From assembly GCF_035084215.1 (NCBI RefSeq), contig NC_090332.1, positions 77,748,001 to 77,812,000 of the forward strand: DNA of 64,000 bases, written 5' to 3'. Within the stretch, counting starts at the first letter, position 1, and each line of letters starts with the position of its first letter. This DNA is from Heptranchias perlo. Taxonomy: Eukaryota. A program made the position numbers and the translations under genes. Below, piece by piece: positions 23,963 to 38,011 of the stretch. The notes under the pieces were generated by a model. The model was not told the DNA's origin. It did no database searches and was given only the letters and a program-made list of their open reading frames with translations.

Positions 23963-26900
23963 GACAATTGCTCATATGTGTTGCTGATCTTGTCTGCATT
24001 CATTTTTTCAAGTTTACGGTAAGGCAGCTCCACCAAAACCCTTTGTAATTGCTTGTGCTGCAACAGTCCGGCATTTAAAGTAGAGGAGAAGCTGCCCCGA
24101 TAACTCAGAGAGCTCAATCGATGGGCAGCTCAGCCGTGCAGACCAGGAAGGTTCCCAGGTTCAGTCCCTGGTCTCAACCCGGGTGGCAGGAGTGCTACAT
24201 TTGGCCTCGAGATTAAAGAGTGGACAATCAGCAAGGCTTTCGGGTCCTCATCACTATGCACCTGTCATGACCCGTAAGGGCCACACGAGCAACGTTGTGG
24301 AGACTGATCAGCATTCGGGAAACCCTTCAGGAGAAGGGAGAAAATTGGTGGGGAAAATCCTAATCATTCACATTTCTTATGATGTGGAGTCACTAGTTTT
24401 GAAGGCTTTTAGTAAATGTCAGCAAAGAAAATATCCGAACTCAAGCTATGCACCCACGAGTCTTGCCCCTAGTTTGACCCCTGGTCTAGTTGGGAGTCGG
24501 CCAACTCTTGCCACGGCACAAAGTTTCCAAGTGGAAAATGGGATTTACAGAAAGCGAGGAGATCATTCCTGGCTGTTCCAGAAACTAAGCCTGCCGAAAA
24601 GCATATGTACCTGTTTAAAGAAAAATCAAGTTGTCAGCATTTAGCAAGGTGCCAGAGCTGTATAAGATGGTGTAGATGGTGTTTTGACAACCTTTTGTTG
24701 AGGACAGTGCTGTCAGTCTTTGTTGACCTAAATCGGAGTGCAGCCTGAGGGTTGGAGATTACAATGATATCATTGTTGATGGCTGATAAGACTCACAAAT
24801 GGAGATCTCTCTAGTCATCTTAATGTCATACACAGCGAACAAGAGCCAGCAATGCCAAGCTGCTACTGATCGGAGAGTCTCAGATTTGACCACTGGGTGT
24901 GTCAGATGGTCCATCTGTTTAGAGTTCTTTTTCAGGATCATGTTTAGACTGCTTTACCTGAGCAACGACGGGAATAGGAATAACTGACACAGCTGTTAAA
25001 CCAAGCTGAACCACGTTAAAATGAGGCAGCAATGCTTCCAGAGGACAGACATGTTGATTTGGGAACAATGTACCGTTTGGAGCAACAGAAATGAAAATCG
25101 ACCAGGTATAAATGATAAATTATACCTCATGATAGAGAACATGTACTTTGCATTTTCCTTTCTAGCATTGTTTAATTGTCATACATTAGCGAACTCGGTA
25201 GTGATGAATTTACACAATGCCCTTTTAATTTCTGCGAAAAGTTTTTGAATGCTCAACCCTGCCAACTGTTATATTCCTTTGCATTATGAATCACCCTGTT
25301 TATACCACAATGCAGATTTTGCAACAGCGGAACAATTATGTGCAGTTGCTTGGAACTCACAAACATGGCTTGTCGTTCTGGCCAAGAGCTTGGTCTGTCT
25401 GCCAGTGGCCGGAAGCACGGGGACGGATTGAACTTGAGTGCAGCTGACAGCACCCAGTTACCTTTGCAGTCGGTGATACTTTACTGGCAGAGGTACAAAA
25501 AGAAGCTACCTGCAGACGCGGGTTCCATTTCCTCCAACTACTCTGCACTAGGTTGCTTTTGCCACAGGGTTACGTTCAATAGTGCTCTTGCCTATGGAAG
25601 TAACCTGTAAGGGAAAAGGAGGACTAAGGTCCTACATGAAATGAATTCCCAGTTTGAATCCAAGGTGCAAAACTGCCCACAAATTTCAATAAGTTAGAAA
25701 TTTCACACAAAGGCCAAAAGTGACACCAGAAATGGAAATACTCACAAGTAGAATAGGAGTCTTTTTTTCAAATTGCGAATAAGTCACATTTTGAGCAAAG
25801 TTTATAGAGGCAGCTTTACTCTGCATCTGTCCCATAATTCATTTGGGATTGTTTGATTCGGACGGCAGGATCTTCCACTCGAGTTATGATGGAATGAGGC
25901 AGAAAATTCCTCCGGAGCCAATTTTTTAGATCCCCGCTTGCCCTTGCACATACCGCATTTTTTACCGGACATGACAGGCGCCATACAATACATACAAATG
26001 TTACGTAGACATATGGTAATGGTACGAAATTGACTTAAATGCATCATCCAGATATTTTCTGTCATTTGTGCCATAGCAGCAAAGCAGCAGAAGGAGGATT
26101 TAAAAGTTAAAGGACCACAGAGCCTATGGAATTGATCGCAGAATGATCAGTTCCATAAGCTCTGCTTCCAATCCCCATTCTCCAACCCCTCTGCCCAGGT
26201 TGTCGCCCTCCGAGGCCAGGGAGCCCACCTAAAATTTGAAAAGTGGCCTGATCCTGGAAAATTGACCAGAGCTGGGATGCATCCTGGTGGTGGGTAGAAC
26301 TCTTGCTCTGCTGAAGATGTATTGGGATTCTGCAATAGCAGAAAATCCAGGACCTACATCTAAGTTTGAAAAGTGTGATAGTCCCAGTTTGATAAGTACA
26401 AAAAAAAATCACCAAAATGTTTGTCCAATTTTGTCCTGGTTTTGACTTGCCCAATATGGTTTACAGTTCCACTTATTTTTTCAAACATTGCTTTAGCTCA
26501 CAGACTATCTTACTCGTCCTGGGATAGGACAGCATATCTGAGAGTCATCTTCCCAGCTTCCATCACTCACTAAATACTGCAGAGCACCAGTGACAATTGT
26601 TTGATCTCCAGCACGGTACAGCTTACCAAAAATTTCACCTTCAATATTTAGACATGAGCCAGTAATCTTTATAGCATTTCTGTGTAAATAAATCACATGT
26701 TGAATTAAATACCTTGGTTGATAAGAGCTTCTTGAAATCAATTGCAAAAAGTGCACATAGCTAACATTTTATGAGGTTATTTTTTTTAAAAACAAATGCC
26801 TTTTATTTAACATGTTTGTGATTGCCCAGTGCCGAGAACTTAATATATTTTGCTCTTTGCCTCAATGGTACCATCAAATAGCCCTAGGTCAGGTGGAGAT

Positions 26901-27351
26901 GCAATGTGGAGATCTCTCTGAAAGAAATGAATGGATTTTTTTCAGATATATTACCCCCAATGAGGGTAAACACTCTCTATTTTGCCCCATTCTCTCCCCA
27001 TTGTCGGTCCCTGGCTGAACTTTGTGGCTGAGTTTGCTCGCAGGCTGCCCCCAGTGCTACACTTTTGCAGGAGGCATGGAACAATGGTCTGGGGGAGGTG
27101 CACCATCCAGTTTCACCTCCTGTTGCAGGCAGACACCCGCCCCCATCTAGCTCCTCCCCATGCAAATGTGACTGAAATCAGCAACGCAACAGTGGAGACT
27201 TGAACGTAAGTCTCTCCACTCTTTTGTATCCAGATCTTGAATGGAGCTTGAAATCAATTCAGATAAATTACATTGTCTCAATTTTGCTGCAGTTTATAAT
27301 TTAGAGGTTAAATTACTTGCTTTTTGTTGCCTGTAACGTGCTAACCTCCTT

Positions 27352-27720
27352 TATTTTAAAATTCTCATCCTTGTTTTCAAATCCCTCCATGGCCTCGCCC
27401 CTCTGTATCTCTGTGACCTCCTCCAGCCCTACAACCCTCCAAGATCTCTGTGCTCCTCCAATTCTGGCCACTTGCGCATCCTCGATTTTAATTGCACCAC
27501 CGTGCCTTCAGCTGCCTAGGCCCTAAGCTCTGGAATTCCCTCAATAAACCTCTCCGCCTCTTTACCTCTCTCTCCTCTAAGACCTACCTCGTTGACCAAG
27601 ATCCTGTCCTAGTGTCTCCTTATGTGGCTCATTGTCAAATTTTGCTTGATTATAACTCCTGTGAAGGGCCTTGGGACGTTTTACTATGTTAAAGGTGCTA
27701 TATAAATGCAAATTGTTGAT
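27352..27720 (+). mobile_element. L2-clade LINE 3' end
   Basis: FKILILVFKSLHGLAP..AFSCLGPKLWNSL; tail GCTATATAAATGCAAATTGTTG. Confidence 0.85.
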
Positions 27721-28502
27721 GACAGCAAAGTCCAACACCACATACCAGATTTAAGTGTCACCAGCTGCTTAATCTTGGTAAAATAGTCTGGTTAAAAATG
27801 AGCCCATTGTGATGGAAGCAAAGCTCCAGCTTGCTTCAAAGTCTCTATGGTATGTTTTTCATATGAAGTTTTAGATAGGCCAGTTTGTGAATTTAAAATG
27901 GAACTCTCTTAGCTGCCATCAGAAAAGAATTCTTTTGAATTTGTGTCGGGGAAAACGAGCGAACACACAAAGATTGCCTGGAGATAGCTGTTAGTTTCGA
28001 GAGGCTCAATCTGCTTCAGCTGCTTAAATTAAAATCTCATCAAATCCGGTTTGCTTGGACTGGTATCTTGGGTTTTTAAAATGTTAACAGCAGGCAAAAT
28101 TTGCAAATGCTGTCGTGAACTTTGAGGAATTGATAGAGCTAATCTACTTGTTATGCAAATCAGGTGCAGAAAGTCGTAAAAATCCACAACAATGATGAGA
28201 AGTCTGCTCTTTTCAACTTTCAAATTTCAAAATTATGGATGACATAATTACCTGCTGGAGCGAAAGAGCTTCTTTGATCCTGTGTATTGTACTGTGCTTT
28301 GGAAACCCTAAGATCAGTATAATAGACGGTAGTTTTCGTCAATTCCCTTGCTTCATTCATTAGTTTCCACATTGTAGTGGTGGGAGAGAGTTCTGTGTGC
28401 AGAATTCACATTGATGTTCCAATCTTCAAAGAATCAGTTAAAAGACTCTGAAAAGGATCCTAAGATTTCAGACACTATTATTTTGGCTTTGGAAATAGTT
28501 TA

Positions 28503-29042
28503 AAGTCCCATTCACCCATCACCCCTGTGCTCGCTGACCTACATTGGATCCCGGTCCGGGAACATTTTGATTTGAAAATTCTCATCCTTGTTTTCAAATC
28601 CCTCCATGGCCTCACCCCTCCCTATCTCCAGCCCTACAACCCTCCGAGATCTCTGCGCTTCTCCAATTCTTGCCTCTTGCACAGCCCTGATTTTAATCGC
28701 TCCACCATTGGTGGCCTTGTCTTCAGCTGCCCAGGCCCTAACTCTGGAATTCCCTTCCTAAACCTCTCCGCCTCTCTCCCTCTCTCTCCTCCTTTAAGAT
28801 GCTCCTTAAAAGCTACCTCTTTGACCAAGCTTTTGGTCACCTGTCCTAATACCTCCTTATACGGCTCGCTGTAATATTTTGAAAGTAGTCAAAACTGTGG
28901 ACTCCGTTCCAGTGAATGTAGCAGAAACCTGTCTGGAAACTTTGCTGACAGTGGGATTGATTTTTTTGTTTGCTCCTGTGAAGCCTCTTGGGATGTTTTA
29001 CGACATTAAAGGCACTATATAAATGAGAGTTGTTGTTGTTGT
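28503..29042 (+). mobile_element. L2-clade LINE 3' end
   Basis: ITPVLADLHWIPV..FDLKILILVFKSLHGLTPPYL, typical of an L2 RT C-terminus; (GTT)n tail. Confidence 0.87.
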
Positions 29043-29997
29043 AATATGTAGGTCAAACATTGTATTGTGAATTATCTAATATAATATATTGCATCTGTGT
29101 AAGTAAATAAATTTGATTATTAGTTTTAGCCTGAACGATATGGCCTGATAGGATGATATTTTCCACATTTCAGAAAAAACAAGAATGTATGGTTGGCAGC
29201 CTACATAACCTCTAGTCATAAATATTGTGGTAACAGCACATATAAGTGTAGGCTTTAGATCAAGGGGTGGGGGCATGTGGGTTTACCTGTAGAACTGATT
29301 TTTTCTGAAAGTACAAATAAAAAGAGTTGGTAATCTGAATTATTATAATTATTTCTGCCATGAGGCTGACACCCACTCCAGGGTTCTGTTTCCTGCAACC
29401 ATTTCCCATTGTTTTGCTACAAATCCATGTCACGCCCAGTCTTGGACCTTGCATATGGGTGAAGGAAGCCTTTCTGTTGCATGCTTAGGAGCTCTAAACC
29501 ATGAAGGGACAATTCATTCAAGGCTTCTAATTCCATGGTACCCTAGAAGGCATCCATTTTCTCAGTAGTCAAGGAGGAGACCATACAAACGAGGCTTCCA
29601 TTTGCCTTGTAATTTAGAAGACCTCGTCCATATCATTTCACTTGGATTGTGCTTTTTTTTCCAGAGTTTGAATTCAAAATTATTTGAATTTCAGTGGGTC
29701 CAAATCCTCATCTGAGTTTGGGGTGAATAATGCTCATCCTTGCCACTGCATTATTGAACCAACTTGTCAAAAGCCCTTCCTCAGAAGAGCACTCCTTACT
29801 GTACCAGGTTGACTTTTCTGTTCTGCTTCACAGGTCATCTTTCCTGAAGGCCTTTGTGAGTTATACTGCGGATTTGGTTCCAAATAATGAGTTTCTTCTG
29901 TTCTGTGGAATCTGTTCCATTGGGAACTGGGTTCAGATTCCTTACACTTGTTTCTGTTAAGAGTGCTTAAGGATGTAACTGCCCTGGTTAAGAGGCT

Positions 29998-31653
29998 GGG
30001 GGCGTTAAATTGGACCGTTGTAGCGCCCGTTGTTTCGGCGCTACACGGCCTGTCTGACATCCAAGGTGGCGCCTTGGATGCGCACGCACGTTTCCAGGGT
30101 GACGTGCGCCAGATGCCATCTTGGTATAGGAGTTAGCGCAGATAAGAAACGCTGGAATCATGTAAAGTAGGGAGAAAATGGCTTTAATCAGTGAGCAATG
30201 CTGTTTTAAAGTGATAGACACCATTTTGGGACTTAACACTCAATTCAAAGCACAGTCTTTACCCTGACCATCTGAACGTGTCTTAGAGTGCCTGGAGTAC
30301 CCCCCACCAGTGCTATTTAAAGGGACCATGCAGGATTTACAGGCTAGTGGCTGGATTATTGCTTCTGGCTGCCGAGACATTTGTAACTGTTTTTGGAGGT
30401 CTCCTAGACTTGAATACTAGGACGCGGGGACATAGCCTAACATTTAGGAGTGAAGTTAAGAAAAGCTTCTACATGTAAAGGGTGGGAGATGTTTGGAACG
30501 CTCTTCTGCAGACAGCAGTTGATGCTAGCTCACTTGTGAATGTTAAATCTGAGATTGACAGATTTCTGTGAACCCAGGTATTAAGGGATATGGGGCTAAG
30601 GCGGGTATATGGAGTTATGTCACAGGTCCACCATGATCTCACTGAATGGTGGAACAGGCTCGAGGGGCTAAATGCCACTGCCACTTGCTGCCTCCTAATA
30701 TGCGCCACCTCCTCCTGCAAGAAAGCAAGACGTATGTCTGGGTGATATGCCTGTCATGGTTGAATAGCTGCCAGTGTGTGTGGCCTGTGAGTTGTGGGTG
30801 GGCGGCTTGCAACAGTGGTAACGTGTAAGGGTGAGAGGAAGCATCTAGTTGGAAGAGTTGAGTACTGATGGAAAGAGTTTGTGGGTGATGGGGGGTGTAG
30901 TGCGTGGTGCAGTTGGTAGGAGACACCACTTGACTGTTGACCTCACTCACTTTCACAACTTATGTCAAAGCATTGAACTTCTTCCTGCACAGCATCCATG
31001 TTCATGATGCTGTACGCCTGGCATTGACTTCATCCCCCACTGCCCCCACTGCCTTTTGGATATATGTCTGGAGGGCCTCTTGCCCCCCTACCCCACCCCC
31101 ACCCCCGCTGCGGATACAGGATGTCCCTTCTTCTGTCAACCTCTTGCACCAAGGCCTCTGGTGCATCAGCAGAGAACCTTGGTGCACGCACTCTCGCAGG
31201 CCTGGTACCAACTCAGATCGGCAGATTGGTGAGGTCTGGTGTGCAGATTGGAGGATGTGAGATTTAGTAATGCACAACCTTTATTCAATGTTTTAACATA
31301 ACTCATCAGTGTATAAACATAGGGATGGGACCTGCATCTGCGTTTTACGTGTGCGATGTCTGATCTCCGTTCAGGCAATAGACTGTTATTTTCAGCAAAT
31401 AACAGGTACCAGCTACCTTTAAGAGATTTCTGAGAAACATCCTCCCTTTAAGAGATTGAACTCCCTCTGGTGGTGGGAAGCGCAAATTGCATTGATTCCA
31501 CATGCAAGGCCTGGAATGGAATGCTGATTGCAGGTGAGTCCTGGGGCCGGCCGAAACTTGGGTCCTGCCTGCACAGGGGTCATTGGGCGCGGGGTAATAG
31601 CACATCACGCTACCTACGCCCAAAAACGGCCCTTATCCAATTTTTTTCCTCCC
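29998..31653. mobile_element. Non-autonomous Harbinger-derived element with Myb/SANT remnant and internal CR1 fragment (copy 2)
   Basis: Colinear with ~20690-22040; TIR-like GGGCGTTAAATTGGA / TCCAATTTTTTTCC; CR1 piece at 30410-30673; TSD unclear. Confidence 0.78.
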
Positions 31654-31952
31654 TTTTTTTTTGTCAAGTCAAAAATAGTCTTTTTAAAGATAAAGACTTG
31701 GCTGTTTTCCTCTGTAATATCGGCAGTCCTATTTTTGTTTTTTTAACTGGTCATATTTTTGAGAGTTTTTAATTAACTGGTTAAGTTGTCAACAACAAAA
31801 TAACTTGTTTCGGGTCGCCCAGCTCCTTAGGCTGCTAGTGAATTATCTTCTGAATGTTTAGATCCTTAAAAAAATCCATAAATATTGACCTGACTCTTTC
31901 GGTAGTGCAGCTGGGACAGTGTTCAGTGTTCTGGCTTCCAACTGGCTGAAAA

Positions 31953-33030
31953 CAATAACAACTTGCAATTATATAACACCTATAGCGTAGAAAAACATCC
32001 CAAGGCGCTTCACATAAGCGTAATCTGATAAAAATCAACGCTGAGTTGAAGAAGGAGACATTAGCTTGGTCACAGAGGTGGGTTTTAAAAACAGTCTTAA
32101 AGGAGGAGAGGGAGGCAGAGAGGCCTAGGGAGGGAATTCCAAAGTTTAAAGCCTAGACGACTGAAGGCACGGCCACCAGTGGTGGGGTGAAGGGATTTCG
32201 GGATGCTCAATAGGCCAGAATTGGAGGATCACAGAGGGCTGTCGGGCTGGAGAAGGTTACAGAGATAGGGAGGGGCTCTGATGCAGGCAGGAGGCTCATT
32301 CTGAAAATCTCACCGAACCCGACAAACAGGCAGTTGCGCCCGTCGGCCTGGCAACGAGCTGGATCGGTCGGAGATCTGCCCGCGAAGAGATTTGAACACG
32401 AGGATGAGAATTTTAAACGAGGCATTGGGGAACTGGGAGCCAGTGTAGATGGGTGAATGGACTTGGTGCAGGATAGGATATGGGCAGCAGAGTTTTGGAT
32501 GAAGCGAAGTTTACAGAGGGTGGAGGATGGGAGACCGGCCAGGAGAGCATTTGACTAAGTGAGTCTGGAGGTCACAAAAGGCATGGATGAGGGTTTCAGT
32601 GGCAGAGGGCTGAGGCCGTAGTGGAGATAGACAGTGTTACTGAGGTGAAAGTTGGGGTCTTTGTAATGGAGAGGTTATGGGGTTGGAAACTCAACTGAAA
32701 GTCAAATAGGTCACTGAGGTTGCGAGCATTGTAGTTCACCCTGAGACAGTGGCCAGGAAGGGGGATGGAATCAGTGGCTAGGGTACGAAGTTTGTGACAG
32801 AGTTTAACTGGAGGAAATTGCAGCTCACCCAGGACTAGATGTTAGACAAGCCGTCTGACAACAGAGACAGTGGAGGGGTCAAGAAAGTTGGGTGTCGCCA
32901 GCATACATGTGAACCTGACGCCATATCTCCAGATGATGTTGCCAAGGGAGCAACAGAAAGTGAGGAAGAGGATAGGGCCGAAGATAGATCCTTGGGGGAC
33001 TCCAGAACTAATGGAGCAGAGGCAGGAAGA
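31953..33030 (-). mobile_element. L2-clade LINE 3' portion (RT)
   Basis: Minus strand SGVPQGSIFGPILF..YGVRFTCMLAT (decayed YADD), WVSCNFLQLN; L2 tail at 31953. Confidence 0.8.
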
Positions 33031-33477
33031 GGAAACCTTTTATTTGTTTTATTTGTTTCCTGTGACTCCAACTGCACCTAAATAAATTTAGTATTTAAAA
33101 ACAAAATCAATAAGAAGTAATGTAGTTAGATGTTCTACCCTGCACTGCCCTGTTTCCTTCAGGAATATCAAAAGTGATGCTGGGCCTTCATGTGGAGGAA
33201 CTTCAGATACCATCAGCAGCCATTTTGCCAGGCCTACAGTCTCGCACAGTAGATCACAATGTTCTGCCTTACCACCTGAAAATCGTGAACTCACACTCTT
33301 GTGTAGACTGTGCTGGTAACTCCCAGCATTTTCTCTTTGCTGAATTTTACTCCTCAGGGCTTAAAACTAAAGGGCCTAAGAGGCTGTAGACTGGCAAGCG
33401 AGAGGAAACTATAGTTTCTACACCTGAAGAGAAAAAGAATAAGGAGACAAGAAAGCCAGTCAGCAGCCAAATTATAC

Positions 33478-33765
33478 AGACCAGAAGATCCCAGCATCAA
33501 TTCCCAGCCTATTCCAAATTAGCTTGATCTCAGCCAGTGTGGTAATCGGAGCAGTATCATTGGCATCAGCGTCCCTGGGCTGGGAATGGGAAAACCGGCC
33601 AGCGTTCCCACGTCTGATGGTTGTCCATTAATCCCTGCTGGAAGGTGGAGGTTTGTGGATGTTGGGTATGGACAGGTTGTGATATCTTCCATGGTTAAAC
33701 AGCATACCAATACACACTGCCCAGGCTCACACATGAAGGGTGGTCACTTTGGCGAGGTTCCATGA
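33478..33765 (+). mobile_element. Old SINE-like dispersed repeat
   Basis: CAGACCAGAAGATCCCAG..TTAGCTTGATCTCAGCCAG..GGCTCACACATGAAGGGTGGTCACTTTGG shared with 9780 and 18215 (minus) and 24110. Confidence 0.5.
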
Positions 33766-35514
33766 GTGATATCCCAGTGATATCTCCTTCCAGAGAATAA
33801 GAGAGAGAGAAAATAAGATATGAAATATTTGTATATTATTGCAGGATGTAATACTGGATCTGTTTTCACAGAGATGCAAGTGGGAGCCAAATTTCTTATT
33901 TTTTACAATTACTTTGACCATGGACTTCTTCCAAGATCCTGTTGTGTTAGCAATTCATTGATGTTTGTACAAAGTATCAAGCCTGTAACCAGTGCAGTAC
34001 TTTTTAATGCAATTATTCCTCAGCCACGACATTAAATCATACATCCACACACAATTGACATAGTTCCCAATATATCTGAGCCTTTAATAATGGTTTGTGA
34101 ATGACCCAGAGAGCTGGTTCTAATGAGTAATATTGATGCTTAGGTGCCTGAGCTCTGGGAGTATTTTCAGAGTGCCAACAATCCTTTGGCAGTAGTCTGA
34201 AGAATTGGAATTTGGAAATCTTTGCCCACTCTGCATTTTACTTTCTATAGACTGGGAAAAAAATTAATTTTGCGTAGCAAAAATTAATAAGTAATGTTTC
34301 TTTAAAAAAATTGTCTGCATCGCCATTGACCCCCTGCAGTACAGTTTGGAGGTCATGTGATTTCTTACTAAGGTATCTCTTCTCCTTGCGCAAAAAAAAT
34401 TAAAATCAGCAGAATCAAACCAAGAGTTTAATTCCATTTTTTTCTGCTAGTGTTTGATCTTCCTTGCTGTGTAAGTCGAGATTCCAGAAAACATTCCTAA
34501 CACCTCAGTGAGCTGACAATACAACCTCTCACATTAGTATAACAAATGGATATGTTTATAGCACTGTAACTGGTTTATTATAGTCATAATGCTAAGTTTA
34601 ATGTTGGATGTTCTTTGAAAATGTTTATTACCATTCGAGCGATTTCAGAGCCTCAGTGCTGCTCATTCCAAGCTCGGTCTTTTCCCCTTGCGAAGTTTGC
34701 TGCTTCCATTTACATCGGTTAATATTGGGCCAGTGTTGAGCGTGGTATTTATGATTAGCATGATTGCCACAGATTGCTGCGTTTGTTTTACAGAATGGCA
34801 TACATCAAAATTGATCACATTGGTAGACCAAAATGACCAGTTGTCAGCTCTAATAAGCAGGTCACACATCGCCATAGTTTGCTATCATTCCTTCTGCACA
34901 AAATCTGACTTCACCTTCCTTCTCCCTGTCCCTCCTCATCCATCCTCAATGTTAGCACCCATTACCAAGTCCAAAATTGGACAAGGAGCAGAGTAGGGCC
35001 AAGATCAAGGTGGCAATTCTGATGTTTGCTTTGCTGATGAAGAAAATGTATTGACTATATGCCCTTAAATGCAAATGTTTTCATGTCACAAGACAAGGAA
35101 ATAAGTGGGAAAAAACAAACCTTCAATGTAAGGTGTACATTTTTGAAATGCATTTCAAAACCAGATAGATGATAATCAAAGCACATGCAAATACACAAAG
35201 TAAAATGGCTGCCGGTACTCTCTGAGGTTATCTACAGGGTTATCTACTAAGAATCCAGAGTTCCAGTTTCTTGAAGGAATGCAGTCAGAGTGACGCAAAG
35301 CAAGTCAGCCCCACCCACTGTGCTAAAAAAGCAAAATGGTGGGTGTGGCAAATTTATTGACTATTCCAAATAATTAGAGCTTTTTTTTAAACTGTACACA
35401 TGTTAAACAGTAAATGCCTATTAAAAAATAATAAAGTTTTAGTTCTCTTTATTACTGTGTACTACTCCTTTAATGCCTGTTTAGACTGCAGAGCCTCAAT
35501 GTTCACTTCAAACC

Positions 35515-37050
35515 TTAACTGAGCTTTTTAACCTCGCACTCAGTTTGCCACCAAGACTGCATTCTTCCACCTCCGTGGGCTCGATTTTACAATGGTGGTG
35601 GGTTTGCAGCGGGGGGGGTGAAGGTGCGCGTGGCAAACCTGCATGAACCAAACTTATCCTTTCCGACGCGATCGCATGTTGATTGATGATGATTAACGTC
35701 CTCTCCGGGTTTCGCACCCAGCAGCCAGCCTGATTGACAGGTTGGCTGCCATCAGGAGCTGCAACGTGAGGGGGGGTGGTGGGCGAGACGTCATCCGGCG
35801 CTGGACTGGAAGACCGGGGGGGAGAGGGGGAGGAGAGGGGAAGTTCGGGGGGAAAGGGGAAAACCGGGGGGGGAGAGGGGAAGATCATGGGGGGAGAGGA
35901 AAGATCAGGGAGGAGGGAAAGATCGGGGGGAGGGAAAGATCAGGGGGGAGAGAGGAAGATCGGGGGTAGAGGGGAAGATTGGGAGGACATCCGGGGAAGA
36001 TCAGGGGAAGATCGAGGGGGGTGAAGAGGGCGACATTGGGGGGTGAAGAGGGGGACATCGAGGGGGTGAAGAGGGGGACATCAGGGGGGGTGAAGAGGGG
36101 GACATCAGGGGGGGTGAAGAGGTGGACATTGGAGCGGGAGACATCGGACATCGGAGCAGGGTGCAAAGGTAGGTTCATTTAGTGTTTTCACTTCCTTCCA
36201 TGGTTTTTTATTTAATTTATTTAGTTTCTTGTTCCCTGATCCGGCCCTTCACGCCTGGTTTCACCAGGTGTGAATCAGAAGCAGCCCAGGTAAGTTTAAA
36301 AATCAGTGAGGTACATTTGGCTCTTTAACTGTCATCCCGTCGGCTTTAATTGCCGGCACGACTTCCGTTTTCAGGTCGCCCGCGCGCACAGGTGGGTCCC
36401 TGGGAAACTCGGAAGTCGACGGGCTGGAGCCGACTTCCGAGCCGAAACGGGATTTCGCGATTTTCGGAGCCCCCCAACGCGCCCGCAATTGCCTCCTAAA
36501 ATCACCCCCATATCTCACCCCACTACTGCTGAAACCGTTACTTACACCTTCATCGCCTGGAGGATTGGTTTCTCGGCTCTCCGCACTGGCCTGCCCGCCT
36601 CCAGCCTTCACAAACGTCAGCTACTCCACAATTCTGCAACCCGAGAGCACCTTGTCTCAAGTCCCACACGTCCATCACCTCCATCCTCACCCAGTCCCAC
36701 TGGCTTTCTGTGTTCCAGTGAGTTAATGTCGAGACCCTAGGCTTCATCTTCAAATTGCTCCACGGCTTTGATTTCATCCTATCCTATCTCATCGGCATAC
36801 CTCGCTTCCTATTGATTCTATCTGGATCACTGCTTCTTCCCCAGAACCTCTGCTCTATCTGATCTTTAAGTCACTTTGCCTTGCTACCTCTCGATCTGCC
36901 TTTATAAGCCGCCTAAAAAGCTTTCACTTTGACACTGCCTTCGGTTTGATCGCCTCCCCTCCCTTTTCCTGCTCGTTGCCCACCTCTCCCCTTGTGACAT
37001 GCTCTGAGCTTTTTGTTTAACTTAATCACTAATGTATGGTGGTGGTTGTT
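35515..37050 (+). mobile_element. Old L2 fragment split by a MITE
   Basis: TKTAFFHLR before the MITE; TAETVTYTFI..LQLLHNSATR..ITSILTQSHWLSV after it. Confidence 0.65.
35577..36509. mobile_element. MITE, Harbinger-like, with G-rich internal repeats
   Basis: TIR GGGCTCGATTTTA / TAAAATCACCCCC; interrupts the L2; internal ~22-bp repeat GGGGGGTGAAGAGGGGGACATC at ~36015-36130. Confidence 0.8.
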
Positions 37051-38011
37051 GTTTTAGTAGACTGCAAAATAAAGCATCTCATTAAGCGTTAACATTTGAG
37101 CCCTGTGCGATGAGACACTGGGAGTAAATCCAGCTCTCAGCATTGCATCTTTTCACAGCCAAGGGCTATCATTACTTCGCCCACATTCTAAGGATGGCAT
37201 CTTTTATGGCTGAACTGCTCTCTGCAGCTATGCTATAAAACTTCACACATTAAATCTGGCTCATAAACAAAACTGGTATTTGCAGTTTAATGAGACAAGT
37301 TTTATGTGGTATTTTACAGTTTATTTCGAGTTTTATTATATACAGCCCCTGAAGCCAAGAATTGGAATAGTGGTTCCGTGCTTTGGACTAGCAATGCATG
37401 ACGCAACAGAGTCCAGTGAGCCAGGCTCAATTCTTCCAGCCTGCCGAGTTCCTGATTTGCGCTGTGTTGTTGTGAAGGATTGGCGGAGGGGGGGGGAGGC
37501 GAAGGAGAGGCGGGAAGGGGGCAAAAGGTTTGCTGCATGTAGGCTAGCCATCTCCACATGAGAGAAGTAAGGAAAATTAAATGAGAAATCTCCCGGAAGG
37601 GGCTCTCATAGGACTGCTGTTGTCAGCAGTGGGTGGCGGGAGGTCTGAGAGTAGATTGCCTAACTAGTCCTCTCAGACGTTGGAGGTGCATGATCTGGGG
37701 TGACCCGAAAGACAAGGGATAAAAGTGGGTGCATGCAGCAGTAGGAGAATACACATTTTGAAAAACAAAAGCCAAACACACTGATGTGATTCATCAAAGG
37801 TGCAGCAATGGCGCCCACCTTATGACCAGCTGAGTTTCTCCAAGCACAGTAGCACATTGATTCGTGACTGAGCTCATAACTGAGGCGTCCGTTTGTTCGC
37901 ACATTATTATTTTGTTTAAAAAGAGTGGAATTTGCTTTTAACAGGGAAGAAATCTTCACTCGTCAGCCGAGGTTGGATTTGAGGTGAGGGACAGTGATGG
38001 TTCTTACAGGA

